DNA of 64,000 bases from contig CM082597.2 in NCBI GenBank assembly GCA_040954595.2, forward strand, positions 3,378,014-3,442,013. Reading direction: 5' to 3'. The notes below the pieces were generated by a model, which saw only the letters and a list, made by a program, of their open reading frames with translations, searched no databases and had not been told where the DNA came from. Shown piece by piece: positions 1 through 12,850 of the stretch. Origin of the DNA: Balanoglossus misakiensis (taxonomy: Eukaryota > Animalia > Hemichordata). Numbering within the stretch: position 1 is the stretch's first letter; each line of letters opens with the position of its first letter. A program made the translations under genes and the position numbers.

Positions 1-3000
1 AACCACCAGTTTGGGTTAAACCTTGGTTTTTAGAAAAACCGCGAATTTTCGAGTTGCCGAATTTCGAGATTTTCCGGCCGATTTGAACAATTTTCATGGG
101 TTAACCATCATGTTTTTGTCGAAAAAAACCGCGAATTTTTCGAGTTGCCGAATTCGAGATTTTCGGCCGATTTGAACAGTTTTCATGGGTTAACATCATG
201 GTTTTTGTCTAAAAACCGCGAATTTTCGAGTTGCCGAATTTCGAGATTTTCGGCCGATTTGAACATTTCTCTAGGAGTATGGGTTAACCACCCATGGTTT
301 TTGTCGAAAACCGCGAATTTTCGAGTTGCCGAATTTCGAGATTTCGGCCGATTTGAACATTTTTCATGGGTTAACCATCATGGTTTTTGTCGAAAAACCG
401 CGAATTTTCGAGTTGCCGAATTTCGAGATTTCGGCCGATTTGAACATTTTTCATGGGTTAACCATCATGGTTTTTGTCGAAAAACCGCGAATTTTCGAGT
501 TGCCGAATTTCGAGATTTTCGGCCGATTTGAACATTTTTCATGGGTTAACCATCATGGTTTTTGTCGAAAAACCGCGAATTTTCGAGTTGCCGAATTTCG
601 AGATTTTCGGCCGATTTGAACATTTTCATGGGTTAACCACCATGGTTTTTGTCGAAAACCGCGAATTTCGAGTTGCCGAATTTCGAGATTTTCGGCCGAT
701 TTGAACATTTTTCATGGGTTAACCATCATGGTTTTTGTCGAAAACCGCGAATTTTCGAGTTTGCCGAATTTCGAGATTTTCGGCCGATTTGAACATTTTT
801 CATGGGTTAACCATCATGGTTTTTGTCGAAAAACCGCGAATTTTCGAGTTGCCGAATTTCGAGATTTTCGGCCGATTTGAACATTTTTCATGGTTAACCA
901 TCATGGTTTTTGTCGAAAAACCGCGAATTTTCGAGTTGCCGAATTTCGAGATTTTCGGCCGATTTGAAACATTTTTCCATGGGTTAACCATCATGGTTTT
1001 TGTCGAAAAACCGCGAATTTTCGAGTTGCCGAATTTCGAGATTTTCGGCCGATTTGAACATTTTTCATGGGTTAACCATCATGGTTTTTGTCGAAAAAAC
1101 CGCGAATTTTCGAGTTGCCGAATTTCGAGATTTTCGGCCGATTTGAACATTTTTTCATGGGTTTAACCATCATGGTTTTTGCGAAAAACCGCGAATTTTC
1201 GAGTTGCCGAATTTCGAGATTTTCGGCCGATTTGAACATTTTTCATGGGTTAACCATCATGGTTTTTGTCGAAAAACCGCGAATTTTCGAGTTGCCGAAT
1301 TTCGAGATTTTCGGCCGATTTGAACATTTTTCATGGGTTAACCATCATGGTTTTTTGTCGAAAAACCGCGAATTTTCGAGTTGCCGAATTTCGAGATTTT
1401 CGGCCGATTTGAACATTTTTCATGGGTTAACCATCATGGTTTTGTCGAAAAACCGCGAATTTTCGAGTTGCCGAATTTCGAGATTTTCGGCCGATTTGAA
1501 CATTTTTCATGGGTTAACCATCATGGTTTTTGTCGAAAAACCGCGAATTTTCGAGTTGCCGAATTTCGAGATTTTCGGCCGATTTGAACATTTTTCATGG
1601 GTTAACCATCATGGTTTTTGTCGAAAAACCGCGAATTTTCGAGTTGCCGAATTTCGAGATTTTCGGCCGATTTGAACATTTTTCATGGGTTAACCATCAT
1701 GGTTTTTGTCGAAAAACCGCGAATTTTCGAGTTGCCGAATTTCGAGATTTTCGGCCGATTTGAACATTTTTCATGGGTTAACCATCATGGTTTTTGTCGA
1801 AAAACCGCGAATTTTCGAGTTGCCGAATTTCGAGATTTTCGGCCGATTTGAACATTTTTCATGGGTTAACCATCATGGTTTTTGTCGAAAAACCGCGAAT
1901 TTTCGAGTTGCCGAATTTCGAGATTTTCGGCCGATTTGAACATTTTTCATGGGTTAACCATCATGGTTTTTGTCGAAAAACCGCGAATTTTCGAGTTGCC
2001 GAATTTCGAGATTTTCGGCCGATTTGAACATTTTTCATGGGTTAACCATCATGGTTTTTGTCGAAAAACCGCGAATTTTCGAGTTGCCGAATTTCGAGAT
2101 TTTCGGCCGATTTGAACATTTTTCATGGGTTAACCATCATGGTTTTTGTCGAAAAACCGCGAATTTTCGAGTTGCCGAATTTCGAGATTTTCGGCCGATT
2201 TGAACATTTTTCATGGGTTAACCATCATGGTTTTTGTCGAAAAACCGCGAATTTTCGAGTTGCCGAATTTCGAGATTTTCGGCCGATTTGAACATTTTTC
2301 ATGGGTTAACCATCATGGTTTTTGTCGAAAAACCGCGAATTTTCGAGTTGCCGAATTTCGAGATTTTCGGCCGATTTGAACATTTTTCATGGGTTAACCA
2401 TCATGGTTTTTGTCGAAAAACCGCGAATTTTCGAGTTGCCGAATTTCGAGATTTTCGGCCGATTTGAACATTTTTCATGGGTTAACCATCATGGTTTTTG
2501 TCGAAAAACCGCGAATTTTCGAGTTGCCGAATTTCGAGATTTTCGGCCGATTTGAACATTTTTCATGGGTTAACCATCATGGTTTTTGTCGAAAAACCGC
2601 GAATTTTCGAGTTGCCGAATTTCGAGATTTTCGGCCGATTTGAACATTTTTCATGGGTTAACCATCATGGTTTTTGTCGAAAAACCGCGAATTTTCGAGT
2701 TGCCGAATTTCGAGATTTTCGGCCGATTTGAACATTTTTCATGGGTTAACCATCATGGTTTTTGTCGAAAAACCGCGAATTTTCGAGCTGCCGAATTTCG
2801 AGATTTTCGGCCGATTTGAACATTTTTCATGGGTTAACCATCATGGTTTTTGAAAAACCGCGAATTTTCGAGTTGCCGAATTTCGAGATTTTCGGCCGAT
2901 TTGAACATTTTTCATGGGTTAACCATCATGGTTTTTGTCGAAAAACCGCGAATTTTCGAGTTGCCGAATTTCGAGATTTTCGGCCGATTTGAACATTTTT

Positions 3001-6000
3001 CATGGGTTAACCATCATGGTTTTTGTCGAAAAACCGCGAATTTTCGAGTTGCCGAATTTCGAGATTTTCGGCCGATTTGAACATTTTTCATGGGTTAACC
3101 ATCATGGTTTTTGTCGAAAAACCGCGAATTTTCGAGTTGCCGAATTTCGAGATTTTCGGCCGATTTGAACATTTTTTCATGGGTTAACCATCATGGTTTT
3201 TGTCGAAAAACCGCGAATTTTCGAGTTGCCGAATTTCGAGATTTTCGGCCGATTTGAACATTTTTCATGGGTTAACCATCATGGTTTTTGTCGAAAAACC
3301 GCGAATTTTCGAGTTGCCGAATTTCGAGATTTTCGGCCGATTTGAACATTTTTCATGGGTTAACCATCATGGTTTTTGTCGAAAAACCGCGAATTTTCGA
3401 GTTGCCGAATTTCGAGATTTTCGGCCGATTTGAACATTTTTCATGGGTTAACCATCATGGTTTTTGTCGAAAAACCGCGAATTTTCGAGTTGCCGAATTT
3501 CGAGATTTTCGGCCGATTTGAACATTTTTCATGGGTTAACCATCATGGTTTTTGTCGAAAAACCGCGAATTTTCGAGTTGCCGAATTTCGAGATTTTCGG
3601 CCGATTTGAACATTTTTCATGGGTTAACCATCATGGTTTTTGTCGAAAAACCGCGAATTTTCGAGTTGCCGAATTTCGAGATTTTCGGCCGATTTGAACA
3701 TTTTTCATGGGTTAACCATCATGGTTTTTGTCGAAAAACCGCGAATTTTCGAGTTGCCGAATTTCGAGATTTTCGGCCGATTTGAACATTTTTCATGGGT
3801 TAACCATCATGGTTTTTGTCGAAAAACCGCGAATTTTCGAGTTGCCGAATTTCGAGATTTTCGGCCGATTTGAACATTTTTCATGGGTTAACCATCATGG
3901 TTTTTGTCGAAAAACCGCGAATTTTCGAGTTGCCGAATTTCGAGATTTTCGGCCGATTTGAACATTTTTCATGGGTTAACCATCATGGTTTTTGTCGAAA
4001 AACCGCGAATTTTCGAGTTGCCGAATTTCGAGATTTTCGGCCGATTTGAACATTTTTCATGGGTTAACCATCATGGTTTTTGTCGAAAAACCGCGAATTT
4101 TCGAGTTGCCGAATTTCGAGATTTTCGGCCGATTTGAACATTTTTCATGGGTTAACCATCATGGTTTTTGTCGAAAAACCGCGAATTTTCGAGTTGCCGA
4201 ATTTCGAGATTTTCGGCCGATTTGAACATTTTTCATGGGTTAACCATCATGGTTTTTGTCGAAAAACCGCGAATTTTCGAGTTGCCGAATTTCGAGATTT
4301 TCGGCCGATTTGAACATTTTTCATGGGTTAACCATCATGGTTTTTGTCGAAAAACCGCGAATTTTCGAGTTGCCGAATTTCGAGATTTTCGGCCGATTTG
4401 AACATTTTTCATGGGTTAACCATCATGGTTTTTGTCGAAAAACCGCGAATTTTCGAGTTGCCGAATTTCGAGATTTTCGGCCGATTTGAACATTTTTCAT
4501 GGGTTAACCATCATGGTTTTGTCGAAAAACCGCGAATTTTCGAGTTGCCGAATTTCGAGATTTTCGGCCGATTTGAACATTTTTCATGGGTTAACCATCA
4601 TGGTTTTTGTCGAAAAACCGCGAATTTTCGAGTTGCCGAATTTCGAGATTTTCGGCCGATTTGAACATTTTTCATGGGTTAACCATCATGGTTTTTGTCG
4701 AAAAACCGCGAATTTTCGAGTTGCCGAATTTCGAGATTTTCGGCCGATTTGAACATTTTTCATGGGTTAACCATCATGGTTTTTGTCGAAAAACCGCGAA
4801 TTTTCGAGTTGCCGAATTTCGAGATTTTCGGCCGATTTGAACATTTTTCATGGGTTAACCATCATGGTTTTTGTCGAAAAACCGCGAATTTTCGAGTTGC
4901 CGAATTTCGAGATTTTCGGCCGATTTGAACATTTTTTCATGGGTTAACCATCATGGTTTTTGTCGAAAAACCGCGAATTTTCGAGTTGCCGAATTTCGAG
5001 ATTTTCGGCCGATTTGAACATTTTTCATGGGTTAACCATCATGGTTTTTGTCGAAAAACCGCGAATTTTCGAGTTGCCGAATTTCGAGATTTTCGGCCGA
5101 TTTGAACATTTTTTCATGGGTTAACCATCATGGTTTTTGTCGAAAAACCGCGAATTTTCGAGTTGCCGAATTTCGAGATTTTCGGCCGATTTGAACATTT
5201 TTCATGGGTTAACCATCATGGTTTTTGTCGAAAAACCGCGAATTTTCGAGTTGCCGAATTTCGAGATTTTCGGCCGATTTGAACATTTTTCATGGGTTAA
5301 CCATCATGGTTTTTGTCGAAAAACCGCGAATTTTCGAGTTGCCGAATTTCGAGATTTTCGGCCGATTTGAACATTTTTCATGGGTTAACCATCATGGTTT
5401 TTGTCGAAAAACCGCGAATTTTCGAGTTGCCGAATTTCGAGATTTTCGGCCGATTTGAACATTTTTCATGGGTTAACCATCATGGTTTTTGTCGAAAAAC
5501 CGCGAATTTTCGAGTTGCCGAATTTCGAGATTTTCGGCCGATTTGAACATTTTTCATGGGTTAACCACCATGGTTTTTGTCGAAAAACCGCGAATTTTCG
5601 AGTTGCCGAATTTCGAGATTTTCGGCCGATTTGAACATTTTTCATGGGTTAACCACCATGGTTTTTGTCGAAAAACCGCGAATTTTCGAGTTGCCGAATT
5701 TCGAGATTTTCGGCCGATTTGAACATTTTTCATGGGTTAACCATCATGGTTTTTGTCGAAAAACCGCGAATTTTCGAGTTGCCGAATTTCGAGATTTTCG
5801 GCCGATTTGAACATTTTTCATGGGTTAACCATCATGGTTTTTGTCGAAAAACCGCGAATTTTCGAGTTGCCGAATTTCGAGATTTTCGGCCGATTTGAAC
5901 ATTTTTCATGGGTTAACCATCATGGTTTTTGTCGAAAAACCGCGAATTTTCGAGTTGCCGAATTTCGAGATTTTCGGCCGATTTGAACATTTTTCATGGG

Positions 6001-9000
6001 TTAACCATCATGGTTTTTGTCGAAAAACCGCGAATTTTCGAGTTGCCGAATTTCGAGATTTTCGGCCGATTTGAACATTTTTCATGGGTTAACCATCATG
6101 GTTTTTGTCGAAAAACCGCGAATTTTCGAGTTGCCGAATTTCGAGATTTTCGGCCGATTTGAACATTTTTCATGGGTTAACCACCATGGTTTTTGTCGAA
6201 AAACCGCGAATTTTCGAGTTGCCGAATTTCGAGATTTTCGGCCGATTTGAACATTTTTCATGGGTTAACCATCATGGTTTTTGTCGAAAAACCGCGAATT
6301 TTCGAGTTGCCGAATTTCGAGATTTTCGGCCGATTTGAACATTTTTCATGGGTTAACCATCATGGTTTTTGTCGAAAAACCGCGAATTTTCGAGTTGCCG
6401 AATTTCGAGATTTTCGGCCGATTTGAACATTTTTCATGGGTTAACCATCATGGTTTTTGTCGAAAAACCGCGAATTTTCGAGTTGCCGAATTTCGAGATT
6501 TTCGGCCGATTTGAACATTTTTCATGGGTTAACCATCATGGTTTTTGTCGAAAAACCGCGAATTTTCGAGTTGCCGAATTTCGAGATTTTCGGCCGATTT
6601 GAACATTTTTCATGGGTTAACCATCATGGTTTTTGTCGAAAAACCGCGAATTTTCGAGTTGCCGAATTTCGAGATTTTCGGCCGATTTGAACATTTTTCA
6701 TGGGTTAACCATCATGGTTTTTGTCGAAAAACCGCGAATTTTCGAGTTGCCGAATTTCGAGATTTTCGGCCGATTTGAACATTTTTCATGGGTTAACCAT
6801 CATGGTTTTTGTCGAAAAACCGCGAATTTTCGAGTTGCCGAATTTCGAGATTTTCGGCCGATTTGAACATTTTTCATGGGTTAACCATCATGGTTTTTGT
6901 CGAAAAACCGCGAATTTTCGAGTTGCCGAATTTCGAGATTTTCGGCCGATTTGAACATTTTTCATGGGTTAACCATCATGGTTTTTGTCGAAAAACCGCG
7001 AATTTTCGAGTTGCCGAATTTCGAGATTTTCGGCCGATTTGAACATTTTTCATGGGTTAACCATCATGGTTTTTGTCGAAAAACCGCGAATTTTCGAGTT
7101 GCCGAATTTCGAGATTTTCGGCCGATTTGAACATTTTTCATGGGTTAACCATCATGGTTTTTGTCGAAAAACCGCGAATTTTCGAGTTGCCGAATTTCGA
7201 GATTTTCGGCCGATTTGAACATTTTTCATGGGTTAACCATCATGGTTTTTGTCGAAAAACCGCGAATTTTCGAGTTGCCGAATTTCGAGATTTTCGGCCG
7301 ATTTGAACATTTTTCATGGGTTAACCATCATGGTTTTTGTCGAAAAACCGCGAATTTTCGAGTTGCCGAATTTCGAGATTTTCGGCCGATTTGAACATTT
7401 TTCATGGGTTAACCATCATGGTTTTTGTCGAAAAACCGCGAATTTTCGAGTTGCCGAATTTCGAGATTTTCGGCCGATTTGAACATTTTTCATGGGTTAA
7501 CCATCATGGTTTTTGTCGAAAAACCGCGAATTTTCGAGTTGCCGAATTTCGAGATTTTCGGCCGATTTGAACATTTTTCATGGGTTAACCATCATGGTTT
7601 TTGTCGAAAAACCGCGAATTTTCGAGTTGCCGAATTTCGAGATTTTCGGCCGATTTGAACATTTTTCATGGGTTAACCATCATGGTTTTTGTCGAAAAAA
7701 CCGCGAATTTTCGAGTTGCCGAATTTCGAGATTTTCGGCCGATTTGAACATTTTTCAATGGGTTAACCATCATGGTTTTTGTCGAAAAACCGCGAATTTT
7801 CGAGTTGCCGAATTTCGGGATTTTCGGCCGATTTGAACATTTTTCATGGGTTAACCATCATGGTTTTTGTCGAAAAACCGCGAATTTTCGAGTTGCCGAA
7901 TTTCGAGATTTTCGGCCGATTTGAACATTTTTCATGGGTTAACCATCATGGTTTTTGTCGAAAAACCGCGAATTTTCGAGTTGCCGAATTTCGAGATTTT
8001 CGGCCGATTTGAACATTTTTCATGGGTTAACCATCATGGTTTTTGTCGAAAAACCGCGAATTTTCGAGTTGCCGAATTTCGAGATTTTCGGCCGATTTGA
8101 ACATTTTTCATGGGTTAACCATCATGGTTTTTGTCGAAAAACCGCGAATTTTCGAGTTGCCGAATTTCGAGATTTTCGGCCGATTTGAACATTTTTCATG
8201 GGTTAACCATCATGGTTTTTGTCGAAAAACCGCGAATTTTCGAGTTGCCGAATTTCGAGATTTTCGGCCGATTTGAACATTTTTCATGGGTTAACCATCA
8301 TGGTTTTTGTCGAAAACCGCGAATTTTCGAGTTGCCGAATTTCGAGATTTTCGGCCGATTTGAACATTTTTCATGGGTTAACCATCATGGTTTTTGTCGA
8401 AAAACCGCGAATTTTCGAGTTGCCGAATTTCGGGATTTTCGGCCGATTTGAACATTTTTCATGGGTTAACCATCATGGTTTTTGTCGAAAAACCGCGAAT
8501 TTTCGAGTTGCCGAATTTCGAGATTTTCGGCCGATTTGAACATTTTTCATGGGTTAACCATCATGGTTTTTGTCGAAAAACCGCGAATTTTCGAGTTGCC
8601 GAATTTCGAGATTTTCGGCCGATTTGAACATTTTTCATGGGTTAACCATCATGGTTTTTGTCGAAAAACCGCGAATTTTCGAGTTGCCGAATTTCGAGAT
8701 TTTCGGCCGATTTGAACATTTTTCATGGGTTAACCATCATGGTTTTTGTCGAAAAACCGCGAATTTTCGAGTTGCCGAATTTCGAGATTTTCGGCCGATT
8801 TGAACATTTTTCATGGGTTAACCATCATGGTTTTTGTCGAAAAACCGCGAATTTTCGAGTTGCCGAATTTCGAGATTTTCGGCCGATTTGAACATTTTTC
8901 ATGGGTTAACCATCATGGTTTTTGTCGAAAAACCGCGAATTTTCGAGTTGCCGAATTTCGGGATTTTCGGCCGATTTGAACATTTTTCATGGGTTAACCA

Positions 9001-12000
9001 TCATGGTTTTTGTCGAAAAACCGCGAATTTTCGAGTTGCCGAATTTCGAGATTTTCGGCCGATTTGAACATTTTTCATGGGTTAACCATCATGGTTTTTG
9101 TCGAAAAACCGCGAATTTTCGAGTTGCCGAATTTCGGGATTTTCGGCCGATTTGAACATTTTTCATGGGTTAACCATCATGGTTTTTGTCGAAAAACCGC
9201 GAATTTTCGAGTTGCCGAATTTCGGGTTTCGGCCGATTTGAACATTTTTCATGGGTTAACCATCATGGTTTTTGTCGAAAAACCGCGAATTTTCGAGTTG
9301 CCGAATTTCGGGATTTTCGGCCGATTTGAACATTTTTCATGGGTTAACCATCATGGTTTTTGTCGAAAAACCGCGAATTTTCGAGTTGCCGAATTTCGGG
9401 ATTTTCGGCCGATTTGAACATTTTTCATGGGTTAACCATCATGGTTTTTGTCGAAAAACCGCGAATTTTCGAGTTGCCGAATTTCGGGATTTTCGGCCGA
9501 TTTGAACATTTTTCATGGGTTAACCATCATGGTTTTTGTCGAAAAACCGCGAATTTTCGAGTTGCCGAATTTCGAGATTTTCGGCCGATTTGAACATTTT
9601 TCATGGGTTAACCATCATGGTTTTTGTCGAAAAACCGCGAATTTTCGAGTTGCCGAATTTCGAGATTTTCGGCCGATTTGAACATTTTCCATGGGTTAAC
9701 CATCATGGTTTTTGTCGAAAAACCGCGAATTTTCGAGTTGCCGAATTTCGAGATTTTCGGCCGATTTGAACATTTTTCATGGGTTAACCATCATGGTTTT
9801 TGTCGAAAAACCGCGAATTTTCGAGTTGCCGAATTTCGAGATTTTCGGCCGATTTGAACATTTTTCATGGGTTAACCATCATGGTTTTTGTCGAAAAACC
9901 GCGAATTTTCGAGTTGCCGAATTTCGAGATTTTCGGCCGATTTGAACATTTTTCATGGGTTAACCATCATGGTTTTTGTCGAAAAACCGCGAATTTTCGA
10001 GTTGCCGAATTTCGAGATTTTCGGCCGATTTGAACATTTTTCATGGGTTAACCATCATGGTTTTTGTCGAAAAACCGCGAATTTTCGAGTTGCCGAATTT
10101 CGAGATTTTCGGCCGATTTGAACATTTTTCATGGGTTAACCATCATGGTTTTTGTCGAAAAACCGCGAATTTTCGAGTTGCCGAATTTCGAGATTTTCGG
10201 CCGATTTGAACATTTTTCATGGGTTAACCATCATGGTTTTTGTCGAAAAACCGCGAATTTTCGAGTTGCCGAATTTCGAGATTTTCGGCCGATTTGAACA
10301 TTTTTCATGGGTTAACCATCATGGTTTTTGTCGAAAAACCGCGAATTTTCGAGTTGCCGAATTTCGAGATTTTCGGCCGATTTGAACATTTTTCATGGGT
10401 TAACCATCATGGTTTTTGTCGAAAAACCGCGAATTTTCGAGTTGCCGAATTTCGAGATTTTCGGCCGATTTGAACATTTTTCATGGGTTAACCATCATGG
10501 TTTTTGTCGAAAAACCGCGAATTTTCGAGTTGCCGAATTTCGAGATTTTCGGCCGATTTGAACATTTTTCATGGGTTAACCATCATGGTTTTTGTCGAAA
10601 AACCGCGAATTTTCGAGTTGCCGAATTTCGAGATTTTCGGCCGATTTGAACATTTTTCATGGGTTAACCATCATGGTTTTTGTCGAAAAACCGCGAATTT
10701 TCGAGTTGCCGAATTTCGAGATTTTCGGCCGATTTGAACATTTTTCATGGGTTAACCATCATGGTTTTTGTCGAAAAACCGCGAATTTTCGAGTTGCCGA
10801 ATTTCGAGATTTTCGGCCGATTTGAACATTTTTCATGGGTTAACCATCATGGTTTTTGTCGAAAAACCGCGAATTTTCGAGTTGCCGAATTTCGAGATTT
10901 TCGGCCGATTTGAACATTTTTCATGGGTTAACCATCATGGTTTTTGTCGAAAAACCGCGAATTTTCGAGTTGCCGAATTTCGGGATTTTCGGCCGATTTG
11001 AACATTTTTCATGGGTTAACCATCATGGTTTTTGTCGAAAAACCGCGAATTTTCGAGTTGCCGAATTTCGGGATTTTCGGCCGATTTGAACATTTTTCAT
11101 GGGTTAACCATCATGGTTTTTGTCGAAAAACCGCGAATTTTCGAGTTGCCGAATTTCGAGATTTTCGGCCGATTTGAACATTTTTCATGGGTTAACCATC
11201 ATGGGTTTTGTCGAAAAACCGCGAATTTTCGAGTTGCCGAATTTCGAGATTTTCGGCCGATTTGAACATTTTTCATGGGTTAACCATCATGGTTTTTGTC
11301 GCAAAACCGCGAATTTTCGAGTTGCCGAATTTCGAGATTTTCGGCCGATTTGAACATTTTTCATGGGTTAACCATCATGGTTTTTGTCGAAAAACCGCGA
11401 ATTTTCGAGTTGCCGAATTTCGAGATTTTCGGCCGATTTGAACATTTTTCATGGGTTAACCATCATGGTTTTTGTCGCAAAACCGCGAATTTTCGAGTTG
11501 CCGAATTTCGAGATTTTCGGCCGATTTGAACATTTTTCATGGGTTAACCATCATGGTTTTTGTCGCAAAACCGCGAATTTTCGAGTTGCCGAATTTCGAG
11601 ATTTTCGGCCGATTTGAACATTTTTCATGGGTTAACCATCATGGTTTTTGTCGAAAAACCGCGAATTTTCGAGTTGCCGAATTTCGAGATTTTCGGCCGA
11701 TTTGAACATTTTTCATGGGTTAACCATCATGGTTTTTGTCGAAAAACCGCGAATTTTCGAGTTGCCGAATTTCGAGATTTTCGGCCGATTTGAACATTTT
11801 TCATGGGTTAACCATCATGGTTTTTGTCGAAAAACCGCGAATTTTCGAGTTGCCGAATTTCGAGATTTTCGGCCGATTTGAACATTTTTCATGGGTTAAC
11901 CATCATGGTTTTTGTCGAAAAACCGCGAATTTTCGAGTTGCCGAATTTCGAGATTTTCGGCCGATTTGAACATTTTTCATGGGTTAACCATCATGGTTTT

Positions 12001-12560
12001 TGTCGAAAAACCGCAAATTTTCGAGTTGCCGAATTTCGAGATTTTCGGCCGATTTGAACATTTTTCATGGGTTAACCATCATGGTTTTTGTCGAAAAACC
12101 GCGAATTTTCGAGTTGCCGAATTTCGAGATTTTCGGCCGATTTGAACATTTTTCATGGGTTAACCATCATGGTTTTTGTCGAAAAACCGCGAATTTTCGA
12201 GTTGCCGAATTTCGAGATTTTCGGCCGATTTGAACATTTTTCATGGGTTAACCATCATGGTTTTTGTCGAAAAACCGCGAATTTTCGAGTTGCCGAATTT
12301 CGAGATTTTCGGCCGATTTGAACATTTTTCATGGGTTAACCATCATGGTTTTTGTCGAAAAACCGCGAATTTTCGAGTTGCCGAATTTCGAGATTTTCGG
12401 CCGATTTGAACATTTTTCATGGGTTAACCATCATGGTTTTTGTCGAAAAACCGCGAATTTTCGAGTTGCCGAATTTCGAGATTTTCGGCCGATTTGAACA
12501 TTTTTCATGGGTTAACCATCATGGTTTTTGTCGAAAAACCGCGAATTTTCGAGTTGCCGA
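1..12560. repeat. 88-bp tandem satellite array, ~143 copies; consensus GAAAAACCGCGAATTTTCGAGTTGCCGAATTTCGAGATTTTCGGCCGATTTGAACATTTTTCATGGGTTAACCATCATGGTTTTTGTC
   Basis: Directly visible. ORF-track starts recur every 88 nt, and monomers are nearly identical. The array runs off the left edge of the window. Confidence 0.99.
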
Positions 12561-12850
12561 ATATTGATTTTTTGGGCATTTTTCATGGGTTATACATCAT
12601 GATTTTTTCCAAAAAATGACAAATTTTCGAGTTAATACATCATGATTTTTGTCTTATTTTCGATTATTTCATGGTTAATACATTATATTTAAAATGCCCA
12701 AAAAATCAATATTTGGTGTTCAGGTCATTTTTCGACATTTTTATGAGTTATGCTCATGAAAATTGTCAAAAGATGACAAATTCCTGTCTTTACGAGTTTT
12801 GGTGTTTTTGTCATATTACGGCATTTTTCATGGGTTATAGTTCATAAAAA
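12561..12850. repeat. Degenerate satellite monomers at the array boundary
   Basis: Diverged copies of the monomer motifs, e.g. CATTTTTCATGGGTTATACATCATGATTTTT, AAATTTTCGAGTT and GGCATTTTTCATGGGTTATAG. Confidence 0.85.

Noticed and set aside
1-1450. Higher monomer divergence at the left end, suggesting an older array zone
   Set aside because: Differences are almost all homopolymer-length indels, typical of low-coverage long-read consensus at a contig end.
1565-1581. CENP-B-box-like TTTCGAGATTTTCGGCC in each monomer
   Set aside because: Only 7 of 9 core positions match, in a sequence rich in TTCG. CENP-B box function is established mainly in mammals.
1-12560. CRISPR-like array of palindromic repeats
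   Set aside because: No unique spacers, no cas genes, and the context is eukaryotic. It is a head-to-tail satellite.
145-12567. More than 130 near-identical 77-aa ORFs (MSKNREFSSCRISRF...)
   Set aside because: They arise from translating an 88-bp unit (not a multiple of 3) through three frames. Most start at TTG and there is no protein signature.
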